A program made the translations under genes and the position numbers. The notes beneath the pieces are model-generated. The model saw only the letters and a list, made by a program, of their open reading frames with translations. It was not told where the DNA came from and ran no database searches. Positions 29,912 to 40,000 of a stretch of DNA of 40,000 nt are shown here, piece after piece. The stretch is from an uncultured Buttiauxella sp. (GTDB lineage Bacteria > Pseudomonadota > Gammaproteobacteria > Enterobacterales > Enterobacteriaceae), in the NCBI GenBank assembly GCA_946480445.1, contig CAMLJN010000001.1, positions 113,352-153,351 of the forward strand, written 5' to 3'. Every line of letters begins with the position of its first letter. The stretch's first letter is position 1.

Positions 29912-31243
29912 TTAAAATAACTTGTAGACAATATTAAGAATGGTTAACACACCAATGACGGTGACAAAAATATTTTCCGTGCGTCCTTTATATTTCGCTA
30001 AGGCCGGCACTTTACGAATCGCGTACATCGGGAGCAGGCAAAGCAGCGAGGCGATAATTGGCGCGCCCATCGCTTCAATCAAATCCAGAATGTTCGGGTT
30101 AGCGTAGGCGACAATCCAGGTCGATCCCATGATGAAAGCCATGCTAATGAGGTTTAGCTTCCCGCCGGAAACACGGGTTTTATCGCCCTGGTAACCAAAC
30201 TTAAGAATCAGACCATTAAGCCCTTCCAGCGTCCCGAGATAGTGACCAAAGAAGGATTTGAAGATGGCGACCAGCGCGATTATTGATGCGCCGTATTCGA
30301 GGATAGTGGCAAAGGTCGATTTCGAACCGGACATCGACGAGAAATGGTTAGCCAGATAGGAAAGCACCGGGATGTTCTGCGCTTTTGCCTCGGCCATGTT
30401 TTGCGGAGAAAGCGTAAACAGGCAGCTGAAGGCGAAAAACATCACTACGGCCACCATCAACATGCTGGCACGGGAGATAATCTTTGAGACTTTGTTCTCG
30501 GTGTAGGCTTTGCCAAATTCTCCCTCGTACTCTTCACGCTTGGACACCACGAATGACGATACGATTGGCGAGAAGTTAAACGAGAACACCATAATAGAAA
30601 TGCCCAACCAGACCGTAACCAGAATACCGTCGTGACCGGTAAAGGAGAGATCGCTGAGGCTGACCTGATCGATAACCGCGGAGTTCCAGTAAGGGATCAG
30701 CGACAGCGAGATCAGCACCAGACAGGCGATAAAAGGAAACACCAGATAGCTCATGACCTTGACCATCAGATCCTTACCGAAGAAGATCACAAAGGCCATC
30801 AGCAGGAGTAAAAAGAGCGCCACAAAACCCCGGTTCAGGGGCATTAGCTGCAGCTGATTTTCCCAGAAGGTCATAAAGGTGTTGGTAATGGTCACGCCGT
30901 AAATCCACAGCAGCGGGCAAATCGCAAAAAAGTACAGGAAGGTGATGACCACCCCGCCGGTTTTACCGAAATGCTCTTCCACCGTTTCAGTAATGTTTCC
31001 TGAAGGGTTGCTGCCGGACAGACAAAGACGCGCCAGGGCGCGGTGGCAGTAAAACGCTATCGGAAAGGCCAGAAACAGCATAATTAAAATTGGAATTAAG
31101 CCGCCGTAACCTGCACGAATGGGGAAGAACAATACCCCGGCGCCGATAGCTGTACCAAACAGACCGAGCGTCCAGGTGGTGTCTGATTTACGCCACAGCG
31201 ACGTCTCTTTCTGACCAACGAGTGTTGCATCTGTATTGCTCAT
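29912..31243 (-). CDS. tdcC: threonine/serine:H+ symporter
   Basis: 443 aa polytopic membrane protein starting [42 protein letters not shown]. Confidence 0.95.
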   Translation of the reverse strand: MSNTDATLVGQKETSLWRKSDTTWTLGLFGTAIGAGVLFFPIRAGYGGLIPILIMLFLAFPIAFYCHRALARLCLSGSNPSGNITETVEEHFGKTGGVVITFLYFFAICPLLWIYGVTITNTFMTFWENQLQLMPLNRGFVALFLLLLMAFVIFFGKDLMVKVMSYLVFPFIACLVLISLSLIPYWNSAVIDQVSLSDLSFTGHDGILVTVWLGISIMVFSFNFSPIVSSFVVSKREEYEGEFGKAYTENKVSKIISRASMLMVAVVMFFAFSCLFTLSPQNMAEAKAQNIPVLSYLANHFSSMSGSKSTFATILEYGASIIALVAIFKSFFGHYLGTLEGLNGLILKFGYQGDKTRVSGGKLNLISMAFIMGSTWIVAYANPNILDLIEAMGAPIIASLLCLLPMYAIRKVPALAKYKGRTENIFVTVIGVLTILNIVYKLF

Positions 31244-31267
31244 AATATAGGTCCTTAAGTAATTAGC

Positions 31268-32257
31268 TTAAATTTCCACAGAGCCGGTAATTTGCGAGAC
31301 GCGCGAAAGGTCGATATTCCCGCCGGAGATAATACTTACCGTTTTACGGCCTTTAATATAGCTATCAAGTTTGCCACTCAGTAAAGCCGCGGTGGCCAGA
31401 GCGCCAGCACCTTCCGTCACCACTTTATTACGCTGAATGAGCGCCACCATGCTGTTTCTGATCTCTTCTTCACTGACCAAAATAATATCAGTCACCAGAT
31501 CCCTGACGATGTCGAAAGTGATTTTTCCCGGACGTGAAACATCACAACCGTCTGCCAACGTACCCGCCGTACGATGCGATATTAATTCTCCGGCATGGAA
31601 TGATGCGGCCATGCCGTGCACATTCTCAGCCTGCACGCCAATAATATTAATCGTCGGATTGATGGATTTAATCGCCAGCGCGACACCGGCAATTAAACCA
31701 CCGCCGCCGATTGGCACAATAACGTTATCGACATCATATAAATCCTCCAGGATCTCCAGCCCGATAGTGCCCTGCCCGGCAATCACTTTTTCATCATCAT
31801 AAGGGGGAATAAAGATGCGCCCTTCCGTTTCGACAATTTCGCTGACCTTTGCAATGGTATCGTTGAAGTTATCCCCGTGCAGCACGACCTGGGCTGAGTA
31901 ATCCATGGTTGCCGCGACCTTGGACTTAGGTGCCCCTTTGGGCATCACAACCAGACCGTCAATCCCCAGAATGGCACAGGAGAGCGAAACGCCCTGCGCG
32001 TGGTTACCCGCAGAACAGGCTACCACGCCCTTTCTTTTTTCTGCTTCGCTTAACGAGCTGAGCTTGTTAAATGCGCCACGAATTTTAAAGGAGCCGGTGC
32101 GCTGCATATTTTCAAATTTCAAAAATATCTCACCCTTGCAGCATTCACTGAGATAGTTAGAGCGCGGCATCCCTGTTTTATAAATATAACCAGCCAGTCT
32201 TTTTTTAGCTTCCAGAATATCCTCAATGGTAACCGGAAGTTCATAATCAATATGCAT
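31268..32257 (-). CDS. tdcB: catabolic (biodegradative) threonine dehydratase, PLP-dependent
   Basis: 329 aa, PLP-lysine context [11 protein letters not shown]. Same length as E. coli TdcB. Confidence 0.95.
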   Translation of the reverse strand: MHIDYELPVTIEDILEAKKRLAGYIYKTGMPRSNYLSECCKGEIFLKFENMQRTGSFKIRGAFNKLSSLSEAEKRKGVVACSAGNHAQGVSLSCAILGIDGLVVMPKGAPKSKVAATMDYSAQVVLHGDNFNDTIAKVSEIVETEGRIFIPPYDDEKVIAGQGTIGLEILEDLYDVDNVIVPIGGGGLIAGVALAIKSINPTINIIGVQAENVHGMAASFHAGELISHRTAGTLADGCDVSRPGKITFDIVRDLVTDIILVSEEEIRNSMVALIQRNKVVTEGAGALATAALLSGKLDSYIKGRKTVSIISGGNIDLSRVSQITGSVEI

Positions 32258-32357
32258 GTTGACCTCGGTGTTAAAACAATAAGCAATAAAGGGGGGGGCA
32301 AATTATTTTTATTTGCCGTTAGCATTCATTTAAATATATTTAAAGCCAATTATTAAA

Positions 32358-33296
32358 TTAAGCGACTCTGGTAAGCTTGTTAAACTTATATTGGCTGCGT
32401 ACCGAATGTTTTTTAGCCAGTTCGACCAGGGTCGCGGCAGATCTTTTAATACAATAATTTTTCGACCATGCCGCCGCATAACGAGCAACGGGTAATTTAT
32501 CTTCTACCGGAACTTTACAAAACTGACTGGAGCCAAAGGGAGAAATCATATCGCCTGGAATAACCGTCAGAAATCCTGCATTCAGCACCAGGTTATAAAT
32601 GGTGACCACCGAGTCCGTTTTAATGATATTTTCACTGTTGATATTATTCTTTTGTAACGTGGTAAGCAGCTCGCTGTAATATCCCATCTCGGTATGTGGT
32701 AGCACCCACTGCTCGTGGCTTAGGGCGCTGAGCGTTGTCGTACCGCCGCAGGATCGCGTTCGGCTGGCGACCAGAATAAATTCGGACTCAAACAGCGGCT
32801 CAATATGCAGATCCTGGAGCAGCATTTCATCGCTAAGCGTGCCGATGGCAAAATCCAGCCGCCCATCGCGAATCGCAGGTAAGAATGAAGAAAGCTGCGC
32901 TTCGAACATCGAAACCTGCGCCTGGGGGAAAAGCTCCTTAAACTCTTTCATCATGTCCGGCAAAAAGGTGAAGCCAATTAATGAAGGGTAGCCAAAGGAG
33001 ACATCGACCACATCGTTCCCCACCATGCTGCTCATCTCGTTGCACATATTTCTTAACTCGCGGGTAATGGACTCCGAGTGGGTCAGCAATACCTTTCCTG
33101 CTTCCGTCAGCTTCACGCCCGTGTTCTTACGTATGATCAGCGCTAATCCAAAGTAGGTTTCCATATCGCTGATAATTTTACTGACCGCAGGCTGAGTTAA
33201 ACCAAGTTGTTTTGCCGCAGAGCCAAATGAACCGCTTCTGACGACTTCCAGGAAGACCATCAGATGCTGTGTTTTAGGTAACGTTGTATTGTCCAT
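32358..33296 (-). CDS. tdcA: LysR-type activator of the tdc operon
   Basis: 312 aa, N-terminal HTH FGSAAKQLGLTQPAVSKIISDME. First gene of the tdcABCDEF order. Confidence 0.9.
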   Translation of the reverse strand: MDNTTLPKTQHLMVFLEVVRSGSFGSAAKQLGLTQPAVSKIISDMETYFGLALIIRKNTGVKLTEAGKVLLTHSESITRELRNMCNEMSSMVGNDVVDVSFGYPSLIGFTFLPDMMKEFKELFPQAQVSMFEAQLSSFLPAIRDGRLDFAIGTLSDEMLLQDLHIEPLFESEFILVASRTRSCGGTTTLSALSHEQWVLPHTEMGYYSELLTTLQKNNINSENIIKTDSVVTIYNLVLNAGFLTVIPGDMISPFGSSQFCKVPVEDKLPVARYAAAWSKNYCIKRSAATLVELAKKHSVRSQYKFNKLTRVA

Positions 33297-33324
33297 GAAA
33301 CTTTGCGCCGATTTAATCTCCCAT

Positions 33325-33375
33325 GCAGTGGATCATATCGAATTCGCAGTGGATTGTTATGTGCAGTGACTCACA
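33325..33375 (-). promoter_or_regulatory. candidate class-II CRP-dependent tdc promoter
   Basis: The minus strand reads TGTGAGTCACTGCACA (33360-33375), then 22 nt, then TATGAT (33332-33337). This puts the CRP-site centre about 42 nt upstream of the predicted start. E. coli tdc is known to be CRP-cAMP dependent. Confidence 0.5.
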
Positions 33376-33701
33376 ATTACCAGACGCCTGATGGCACACA
33401 AAGCAGGCATAACAATTAAAAACTATAAAAATCAAAAGGTTGACATTTTCCGATCTGCAGTTTACATGATTAAAGTCAACCTTGCGACAGGTAATAAATT
33501 AAATTTATGGTGATAATAAAATCATATCCATAGCAATAACTTATTGTATTTAAAATATTTTATTTTAATTAAAGAATATTTATCTGTGGTGATAAGCCAT
33601 GAAGCAGCTGCAACCCACAAAATAAAATAATTATGCATTATTTATAATTATTTTTTAATTCTGTCGTTCTTTATTTGCGCTATGGGTGCCCGGACAGACG
33701 T

Positions 33702-33726
33702 AAAAAAACCCGCACGAGGCGGGTTT
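33702..33726 (-). terminator. intrinsic terminator of fbaA (AACCCGCC-TCGT-GCGGGTT followed by TTTTTTA on the minus strand)
   Basis: Hairpin with an A7 run on the plus strand, about 26 nt after the fbaA stop. Confidence 0.8.
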
Positions 33727-33751
33727 CAATTCAAACCTTCAGCGCGACAAA

Positions 33752-34831
33752 TTACAGAACGTCAACCGCGTTCAGTTCTTTGAAAGCCTGCTCCAGACGG
33801 GTGATCATGGAAGTCTGTGCAGCACGCAGCCAAACGCGTGGATCGTAGTATTTCTTGTTCGGCTGATCTGCGCCTTTAGGGTTGCCCAGCTGGCCCTGCA
33901 GGTAAGCTTCGTTTTCTTTGTAGTAGTTCAGGATACCGTCCCATGTTGCCCACTGGGTGTCGGTGTCGATGTTCATTTTGATAACACCGTAGCTGACGGA
34001 ATCTTTGATTTCCTGAGCGGTAGAACCGGAGCCGCCGTGGAATACGAAGTTCAGGGAGTTGTGCGGCAGGTTATGTTTCTTAGAAACATAGTCCTGGGAA
34101 TCGCGCAGGATAGTTGGGGTCAGTACCACGTTACCTGGCTTATAAACGCCGTGTACGTTACCGAAGGAAGCAGCGATGGTGAAACGCGGGCTGATTTTGC
34201 TCAGCTCGGTGTATGCGTAATCAACATCTTCCGGCTGGGTGTAAAGTGCGGAAGCGTCCATGTGGCTGTTGTCCACGCCATCTTCTTCACCGCCGGTGCA
34301 GCCCAGTTCGATTTCCAGAGTCATGCCAATTTTGGACATGCGAGCCAGGTATTTGGAACTGATTTCGATGTTCTCTTCCAGGGACTCTTCGGACAGGTCA
34401 ATCATGTGAGAAGAGAACAGAGGTTTACCGGTAGCCGCGAAGTGTTTTTCACCCGCGTCCAGCAGGCCGTCGATCCACGGCAGCAGTTTCTTCGCGCAGT
34501 GGTCGGTGTGCAGGATAACAGGCACGCCGTAGTGCTCAGCCATCTGGTGAACGTGGTGTGCGCCAGAGATGGCACCCAGGATTGCTGCACCCTGTGGCAC
34601 GTCGGTTTTCACGCCTTTGCCCGCGATAAACGCAGCGCCACCGTTGGAGAACTGTACGATAACCGGCGCTTTTACTTTCGCTGCGGTTTCCAGAACGGCG
34701 TTGATAGAGTCGGTGCCGACGCAGTTAACTGCTGGCAGAGCAAAGTTGTTCTCTTTTGCTACCTGGAAAACTTTCTGTACGTCATCACCAGTGATTACGC
34801 CTGGTTTTACGAAATCAAAAATTTTAGACAT
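33752..34831 (-). CDS. fbaA: class II fructose-bisphosphate aldolase
   Basis: ATG at 34831 gives MSKIFDFVKPGVITGDDVQKVFQVAKENNFALPAVNCVG..., 359 aa as in E. coli. Confidence 0.97.
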   Translation of the reverse strand: MSKIFDFVKPGVITGDDVQKVFQVAKENNFALPAVNCVGTDSINAVLETAAKVKAPVIVQFSNGGAAFIAGKGVKTDVPQGAAILGAISGAHHVHQMAEHYGVPVILHTDHCAKKLLPWIDGLLDAGEKHFAATGKPLFSSHMIDLSEESLEENIEISSKYLARMSKIGMTLEIELGCTGGEEDGVDNSHMDASALYTQPEDVDYAYTELSKISPRFTIAASFGNVHGVYKPGNVVLTPTILRDSQDYVSKKHNLPHNSLNFVFHGGSGSTAQEIKDSVSYGVIKMNIDTDTQWATWDGILNYYKENEAYLQGQLGNPKGADQPNKKYYDPRVWLRAAQTSMITRLEQAFKELNAVDVL

Positions 34832-34893
34832 GTTACGTTGTCCTGTATCGTTGGCCGTTAGAAAAACTGTGTATCGCCCGGGTTGTTGGGCGA

Positions 34894-34925
34894 CCAAAAA
34901 ACAACGGGCAGGATACCCTGCCCGT
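34894..34925 (-). terminator. hairpin plus U-tract between pgk and fbaA (ACGGGCAGG-GTAT-CCTGCCCGT followed by TGTTTTTTGG on the minus strand)
   Basis: 9-bp stem 6 nt after the pgk stop. A partial terminator or processing structure is consistent with the differential expression of the epd-pgk-fbaA operon reported in E. coli. Confidence 0.6.
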
Positions 34926-34930
34926 AACAA

Positions 34931-36094
34931 TTACTTCTTCGCGCGCTCTTCGAGCATCGCTACTGCTGGCAGAACTTTGCCTTCCACGAATTCGAGGAAT
35001 GCACCACCACCAGTGGAGATGTAGGAGATCTTGTCGGCAATACCGAACAGGTCGATAGCCGCCAGGGTGTCACCGCCGCCGGCAATAGAGAAGGCTTCGC
35101 TGTCTGCGATGGCGTTAGCCACGATTTCAGTCCCTTTACGGAAGTTAGGGAATTCGAACACGCCAACCGGGCCGTTCCACAGAATGGTTTTTGCATTCTT
35201 CAGGATCTCAGCCAGCTTCTGTGCGGAAACGTCGCCCAGGTCCAGAATCTGCTCTTCATCTTTGATGTCGCTGACGGATTTCAGAGTCGCAGTCGCTGTT
35301 TCGGAGAATTCAGTGGCTACGCGAACATCCGTTGGCACAGGGATGTCACAGGTCGTCAGCAGGCGTTTAGCTTCATCAACCAGGTCTGCTTCGTACAGGG
35401 ATTTACCTACGTTATGGCCTTGAGCCGCCACGAAGGTATTCGCGATGCCGCCGCCAACAATCAGCTGGTCAGCGATTTTGGACAGGGAATCCAGCACGGT
35501 CAGTTTAGTAGAAACTTTAGACCCGCCAACGATAGCCACCATTGGGCGAGCTGGGTTGCCCAGGGCTTTACCCAGCGCATCCAGCTCAGCGGCCAGCAGT
35601 GGGCCTGCGCAAGCGATGTCTGCAAATTTACCTACGCCGTGAGTGGAAGCCTGTGCACGGTGAGCGGTACCGAAAGCATCCATCACGAATACGTCACACA
35701 GGGCAGCGTATTTTTTGGACAGGGCTTCGTCGTCTTTCTTTTCGCCTTTGTTAAAGCGAACGTTTTCCAGCACAACCAGTTCACCCGCGGCTACTTCAAC
35801 GCCGTCGAGGTAATCTTTAGCCAGGCGAACCGGAGAAGACAGTTTGTCTTTCAGGTAGTTAACAACCGGCAGCAGAGAGAATTCTTCGTTGTACTCGCCT
35901 TCGGTCGGACGCCCCAGGTGAGACGTCACCATGACTTTTGCACCTTGCTTCAGGGCCAGTTCAATGGTCGGCAGAGATGCACGGATACGTGCGTCAGATG
36001 TCACTTTCCCTTCTTTAACTGGTACGTTCAAATCAGCACGGATCAGAACGCGCTTACCAGCCAAATCCAGATCGGTCATCTTAATTACAGACAT
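34931..36094 (-). CDS. pgk: phosphoglycerate kinase
   Basis: 387 aa, [27 protein letters not shown]... Confidence 0.97.
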   Translation of the reverse strand: MSVIKMTDLDLAGKRVLIRADLNVPVKEGKVTSDARIRASLPTIELALKQGAKVMVTSHLGRPTEGEYNEEFSLLPVVNYLKDKLSSPVRLAKDYLDGVEVAAGELVVLENVRFNKGEKKDDEALSKKYAALCDVFVMDAFGTAHRAQASTHGVGKFADIACAGPLLAAELDALGKALGNPARPMVAIVGGSKVSTKLTVLDSLSKIADQLIVGGGIANTFVAAQGHNVGKSLYEADLVDEAKRLLTTCDIPVPTDVRVATEFSETATATLKSVSDIKDEEQILDLGDVSAQKLAEILKNAKTILWNGPVGVFEFPNFRKGTEIVANAIADSEAFSIAGGGDTLAAIDLFGIADKISYISTGGGAFLEFVEGKVLPAVAMLEERAKK

Positions 36095-36143
36095 GGTGAA
36101 TCCTCTCGTTGATTCTTAAAGTTTTGCAGACGCATAGCGCGCC

Positions 36144-37163
36144 TTACCTGAAACCACTTGCAGCCATGACTAACGTCGTGTCGAGCATTCGGTTAGCAAA
36201 GCCCCATTCATTATCACACCAGACCAGAGTTTTAATCAGGTGTTGTCCACTGACCCGCGTTTGCGTGCCGTCAATAATGGCACTGTGCGGATCGTGGTTA
36301 AAATCAGTCGAGACCAACGGTAATTCCGTATAGTCAACTATACCATGAAATGTATCCTGCGCCGATTTTTGCAGCAACAGGTTGACTTCATTGGCATTTA
36401 CCGCGTTACGCACCGTAACGCTCAAATCTATTGCCGTCACGTTAATGGTCGGCACACGCACCGCAATCGCTTCAAAACGATCGTTAAACTGCGGGAATAT
36501 ACGTGTGATCCCGGCAGCAAGACGCGTATCAACCGGGATGATTGACTGACTCGCCGCGCGGGTACGACGCAGGTCGGGATGATAAGCATCGATCACCTGC
36601 TGATCGTGCATGGCCGAGTGAATGGTCGTTACCGTGCCCCACTCAATGCCAAAGGCATCATCAAGCAACTTAATAATAGGGATAATACAGTTGGTGGTGC
36701 AGGAGGCATTGGAAACAATACGGTGCCCGGCAATGATGTCTTCGTGATTGACGCCGTAGACCACGGTGGCATCCAAATCGTTACCGCCAGGATGGGAGAA
36801 GAGAACCTTTTTGGCGCCTGCGGCAAGATGGGCTTCACCGTCGGCCCGGGAGCCAAACACGCCCGTGCAATCAAGCACAATATCCACGCCAAGGTCACGC
36901 CACGGCAGGGCTTCAATGGTGGATTCATGAAGCAGACGAATCGTATCGTCCCCCACCCAAAGTTGGTCGCGCTCCTGGCGAACTTCCCAGGCAAAGCGTC
37001 CATGGCTGGTGTCGTATTTCAACAGATGCGCCATACCCGCAGCATCAGCCAGTTCATTGATTGCTACGACGGTAATTTCCGCACGGCGACCGGATTCGTA
37101 CAATGCACGTACCACGTTGCGCCCAATGCGACCGAAGCCATTAATTGCTATGCGTACGGTCAT
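36144..37163 (-). CDS. epd: erythrose-4-phosphate dehydrogenase
   Basis: ATG at 37163 gives [37 protein letters not shown]..., 339 aa, with active-site SNASCTTN. Confidence 0.95.
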   Translation of the reverse strand: MTVRIAINGFGRIGRNVVRALYESGRRAEITVVAINELADAAGMAHLLKYDTSHGRFAWEVRQERDQLWVGDDTIRLLHESTIEALPWRDLGVDIVLDCTGVFGSRADGEAHLAAGAKKVLFSHPGGNDLDATVVYGVNHEDIIAGHRIVSNASCTTNCIIPIIKLLDDAFGIEWGTVTTIHSAMHDQQVIDAYHPDLRRTRAASQSIIPVDTRLAAGITRIFPQFNDRFEAIAVRVPTINVTAIDLSVTVRNAVNANEVNLLLQKSAQDTFHGIVDYTELPLVSTDFNHDPHSAIIDGTQTRVSGQHLIKTLVWCDNEWGFANRMLDTTLVMAASGFR

Positions 37164-37284
37164 ATCTCTCCTGCCAGAATCCCTGGAACTTTGTGGCAGA
37201 CAGAGTAATCCAGCCGCCGTCTCAGGGGAATCCTCGCACTCACGAAACTGCAATTGATTGCTTAATTGTCGAACATTTAATCGA

Positions 37285-37298
37285 CTGAAACGCTTCAG
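37285..37298. promoter_or_regulatory. Cra(FruR)-like operator CTGAAACGCTTCAG upstream of epd
   Basis: Resembles the Cra half-site palindrome TGAAAC/GTTTCA. It lies about 125 nt upstream of the epd ATG. The E. coli epd promoter is reported to be Cra/CRP controlled. Confidence 0.4.
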
Positions 37299-37423
37299 CT
37301 AGAATAAGCGAAACGGGGAATAAAAGGAATGTTGCCCCGGCACAGGCAACCGATCTTCTGACGTAGGTCACATTTTTTATGGAATAAATGAAACTAAAAA
37401 AGCGGGTGGGATGAATAACGAAC

Positions 37424-37447
37424 AAAAAAAAGGTCGCTTTCGCGACC
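37424..37447 (-). terminator. intrinsic terminator (GGTCGC-GAAA-GCGACC followed by T8 on the minus strand), about 180 nt downstream of tktA
   Basis: A8 run on the plus strand at 37424-37431, followed by GGTCGCTTTCGCGACC. Confidence 0.7.
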
Positions 37448-37492
37448 CGTTCTGAATGATTTTTACTCTGACACAATCTTACGGCACAAATG

Positions 37493-37582
37493 TCGCCCTG
37501 ATTAATCAGGAAAATCAATTTTTTTGATTTTCGACAGCTCAATCACAATGAAGGAAAAACCACGTTTTTTCCTTCATTGTCT
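37493..37582 (-). repeat. structured intergenic repeat, copy 2 (inverted relative to copy 1): hairpin GAAAATCAA-TTTTT-TTGATTTTC (37510-37532) and palindrome CAATGAAGGAAAAA-CCACG-TTTTTTCCTTCATTG (37546-37579)
   Basis: The reverse complement aligns with 23110-23199. The two hairpins occur in the same order with the same spacing, and the linker between them is conserved (GAGCTGTCG versus TAGCTGCCG). Confidence 0.65.
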
Positions 37583-37584
37583 GT

Positions 37585-37618
37585 AGCATAACGGGTCGCT
37601 TTCGCGACCCGTTATGCT
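37585..37618 (-). other. perfect 15-bp-stem hairpin 7 nt downstream of tktA (AGCATAACGGGTCGC-TTTC-GCGACCCGTTATGCT), no U-tract
   Basis: Read directly from the sequence. It contains the same 20-nt string GGTCGCTTTCGCGACCCGTT (37594-37613) as the terminator at 37432-37451. Confidence 0.6.
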
Positions 37619-37625
37619 ATGACGA

Positions 37626-39617
37626 TTACAGAATGGCTTTAGCCTGCTTCACCACATTCTCAACGGTGAAACCAAACTCTTCGAACAGCTGCTCGGCAGG
37701 CGCTGACTCACCGAAGGTGGTCATACCCACAACCGCACCGTTCAGGCCAACGTACTTGTACCAGTAGTCAGCGATGCTGGCTTCGATAGCCACGCGAGCG
37801 GCGACGGCTTTCGGCAGCACGGCCTCACGATAGGCAGCGTCCTGCTTGTCGAAGGCGTCGGTAGACGGCATGGAAACCACGCGCGCTTTCACGCCTTCGG
37901 CACTCAGCTTATCCCAGGCCGCCACGGCCAGTTCAACTTCGGAACCGGTCGCGATAAGGATAAGCTCTGGTGTCCCTGCGCAGTCTTTCAGGATATAAGC
38001 GCCACGGGCGATATCCGCCAGCTGCTGCTCAGTACGTTCCTGCTGGGCCAGGTTCTGACGGGAGAAGATCAGCGCGGTTGGGCCGTCCTGACGTTCCACC
38101 GCATATTTCCACGCTACCGCAGACTCAACCTGGTCACATGGACGCCATGTGCTCATGTTAGGCGTTACGCGCAGGGCAGCAAGCTGCTCTACCGGCTGGT
38201 GGGTTGGGCCATCTTCGCCCAGACCGATGGAGTCGTGGGTATAAACCATTACCTGACGCTGTTTCATGAGTGCCGCCATACGCACCGCGTTACGGGCATA
38301 CTCCACGAACATCAGGAACGTCGAGGTGTAAGGCAGGAAGCCGCCGTGCAGCGCGATACCGTTGGCAATCGCGGTCATACCGAACTCGCGCACGCCGTAA
38401 TGGATGTAGTTGCCAGCAACGTCTTCGTTGATTGGCTTAGAGCCGGACCACAGGGTCAGGTTGCTCGGTGCCAGGTCAGCGGAGCCGCCGAGGAATTCAG
38501 GCAGCAGATGACCAAAAGCTTCAATGGTGTTCTGAGAAGCTTTACGGCTGGCAATTTTCGCAGGGTTAGCCTGCAGATTTGCGATGAACGCCTGCGCTTT
38601 CGCAGCGAAATCAGCCGGCATGTCGCCTTTCATACGACGAGTAAATTCTGCCGCTTCCTGCGGGAAAGCTTTAGCGTAAGCCGCGAACTTCTCGTTCCAG
38701 CTAGCTTCTTTCGCCTGGCCTGCTTCACGGGCATCCCACTGCGCATAGATGTCCTGCGGGATTTCGAATGCCGGATGTTTCCAGTCAAGGGCTTCACGGG
38801 TCAGAGCAATCTCTGCATCACCTAACGGTGCACCGTGTGAATCGTGCGTACCGGCTTTGTTTGGTGAACCGAAACCGATGATGGTTTTGCACATCAGCAG
38901 AGAAGGTTTGTCGGTAACGCCTTTAGCTTCTTCAACGGCGCGTTTGATGGCGTCCGCATCGTGACCGTCCACGCCGCGAACAACGTGCCAGCCGTAGGCT
39001 TCAAAGCGCTTAGCGGTATCGTCGGTGAACCAACCTTCAACGTGGCCGTCAATTGAGATGCCGTTGTCATCGTAGAACGCCACCAGTTTGCCCAGCTTCA
39101 GCGTACCGGCAAGGGAACAAACTTCGTGGGAGATGCCTTCCATCATGCAGCCATCACCCATAAAGACGTAGGTGAAGTGGTCGACGATGTCATGACCAGG
39201 ACGGTTGAACTGCGCCGCCATAGTACGTTCAGCAATCGCCATACCTACTGCGTTCGCCACACCCTGACCCAGCGGGCCGGTTGTGGTTTCAACACCGGCG
39301 GTATAACCCACTTCCGGGTGACCTGGGGTTTTGGAATGCAGCTGACGGAAGTTTTTCAGCTCTTCAATCGGCAGATCGTAACCCGTGAGGTGCAGCAGGC
39401 TATAAATCAGCATGGAGCCGTGACCGTTGGACAGGACGAAACGGTCGCGGTCGGCCCAGGATGGATTCTGCGGGTTATGGTTCAGGAAATCACGCCACAG
39501 GACTTCTGCAATATCGGCCATTCCCATTGGGGCACCCGGGTGACCGGATTTGGCTTTTTGTACTGCGTCCATGCTGAGCGCACGAATAGCATTGGCAAGC
39601 TCTTTACGAGAGGACAT
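37626..39617 (-). CDS. tktA: transketolase 1
   Basis: ATG at 39617 gives [41 protein letters not shown]..., 663 aa as in E. coli TktA. Confidence 0.97.
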   Translation of the reverse strand: MSSRKELANAIRALSMDAVQKAKSGHPGAPMGMADIAEVLWRDFLNHNPQNPSWADRDRFVLSNGHGSMLIYSLLHLTGYDLPIEELKNFRQLHSKTPGHPEVGYTAGVETTTGPLGQGVANAVGMAIAERTMAAQFNRPGHDIVDHFTYVFMGDGCMMEGISHEVCSLAGTLKLGKLVAFYDDNGISIDGHVEGWFTDDTAKRFEAYGWHVVRGVDGHDADAIKRAVEEAKGVTDKPSLLMCKTIIGFGSPNKAGTHDSHGAPLGDAEIALTREALDWKHPAFEIPQDIYAQWDAREAGQAKEASWNEKFAAYAKAFPQEAAEFTRRMKGDMPADFAAKAQAFIANLQANPAKIASRKASQNTIEAFGHLLPEFLGGSADLAPSNLTLWSGSKPINEDVAGNYIHYGVREFGMTAIANGIALHGGFLPYTSTFLMFVEYARNAVRMAALMKQRQVMVYTHDSIGLGEDGPTHQPVEQLAALRVTPNMSTWRPCDQVESAVAWKYAVERQDGPTALIFSRQNLAQQERTEQQLADIARGAYILKDCAGTPELILIATGSEVELAVAAWDKLSAEGVKARVVSMPSTDAFDKQDAAYREAVLPKAVAARVAIEASIADYWYKYVGLNGAVVGMTTFGESAPAEQLFEEFGFTVENVVKQAKAIL

Positions 39618-39897
39618 TTTCACTCCAGATCGGATGGTTGAAGGTCACGCCTTGTTTTACGACTTGACTACTAAGCGTTATGGGCTACGCCCGAAAAGTG
39701 CCCACAATGTACCGCAAGCCGTGGGCCATGTACATGGAGCATCCTTTTGTCCGGTTAAGAAATCTCTGGATCGCGCTCGCATGTTGCGCAAGTAGCTGCG
39801 CGGGATCTGTTATCTTCTTTATACTGTGCCTCACTCGTCGCCAATACAGGCGCGTGTTCACCCCCTGACTGTTGAAACAAATAAAGGATGACTGGCC

Positions 39898-40000
39898 ATG
39901 AAGATGCGCCCTATTTTACTGAGCCTGACGCTCGCCACCGCGCTGAGCGGCTGCCAAAACATGGATTCCAACGGTTTATTGACCTCCGGTGCGGAAGCCT
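39898..40000 (+). CDS. loiP: metalloprotease lipoprotein LoiP (YggG), N-terminal part (3-prime end outside window)
   Basis: MKMRPILLSLTLATALSGCQNMDSNGLL... carries a lipobox LSGC. Divergent from tktA as in E. coli. AAGGA SD. Confidence 0.8.
   Translation, partial: MKMRPILLSLTLATALSGCQNMDSNGLLTSGAEA

Noticed and set aside
34037-39641. Antisense ORFs of 170-290 aa opposite fbaA, pgk, epd and tktA, and similar ones opposite bglA (5172-5933) and ubiI (14372-15238)
   Set aside because: Same reasoning: these are shadow ORFs of highly conserved housekeeping genes with no independent signals.
39550-39868. Two ORFs of 81 and 62 aa in the tktA-loiP divergent intergenic region, plus the palindrome CCATGTACATGG (39725-39736)
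   Set aside because: No SD and an unremarkable Cys/Arg-rich composition, and the region is expected to hold two divergent promoters. The palindrome is too short to interpret.

Overview
This window is core chromosome from an Enterobacteriaceae genome. The species cannot be assigned from sequence alone; it looks Enterobacter/Klebsiella/Citrobacter-like. Gene order and protein sequences follow the E. coli fldB to tktA region: fldB(partial)-ygfX/cptA-sdhE-ygfZ-yqfA-...-bglA-...-ygfF-gcvPHT-ubiI-ubiH-pepP-ygfB-zapA-ssrS(6S RNA)-ygfA-serA-rpiA-argP-yggE-argO-mscS-...-fbaA-pgk-epd-tktA-loiP(partial). Four things differ from the E. coli K-12 layout as I recall it. (1) An HD-domain phosphohydrolase and an RpiR/MurR-type regulator sit upstream of bglA where K-12 has yqfB. 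(2) An OmpR-type response regulator and histidine kinase pair lies between bglA and ygfF. (3) The anaerobic threonine-degradation operon tdcABCDEF sits between mscS and fbaA. (4) The sbm/scp block after argP and the yggC-cmtA block between epd and tktA are absent. I found no transposase, integrase, CRISPR array, tRNA/rRNA or recognisable defence gene, and I cannot support a novel multi-gene system here. The most unusual signal is non-coding. A structured core of about 90 bp (two conserved hairpins, about 85 percent identity by eye) occurs twice in opposite orientation, just downstream of argP and of tktA. Each copy is bracketed by two copies of a local terminator-like hairpin. Other points worth a second look are an apparent 1-nt frameshift splitting argO, an orphan intrinsic terminator in the sdhE/ygfZ divergent intergenic region, a convergent 7-bp ygfA/serA overlap with no intergenic space, and candidate operator motifs in front of bglA and tdcA. 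All homology statements rest on my recollection of E. coli proteins, not on a database search.
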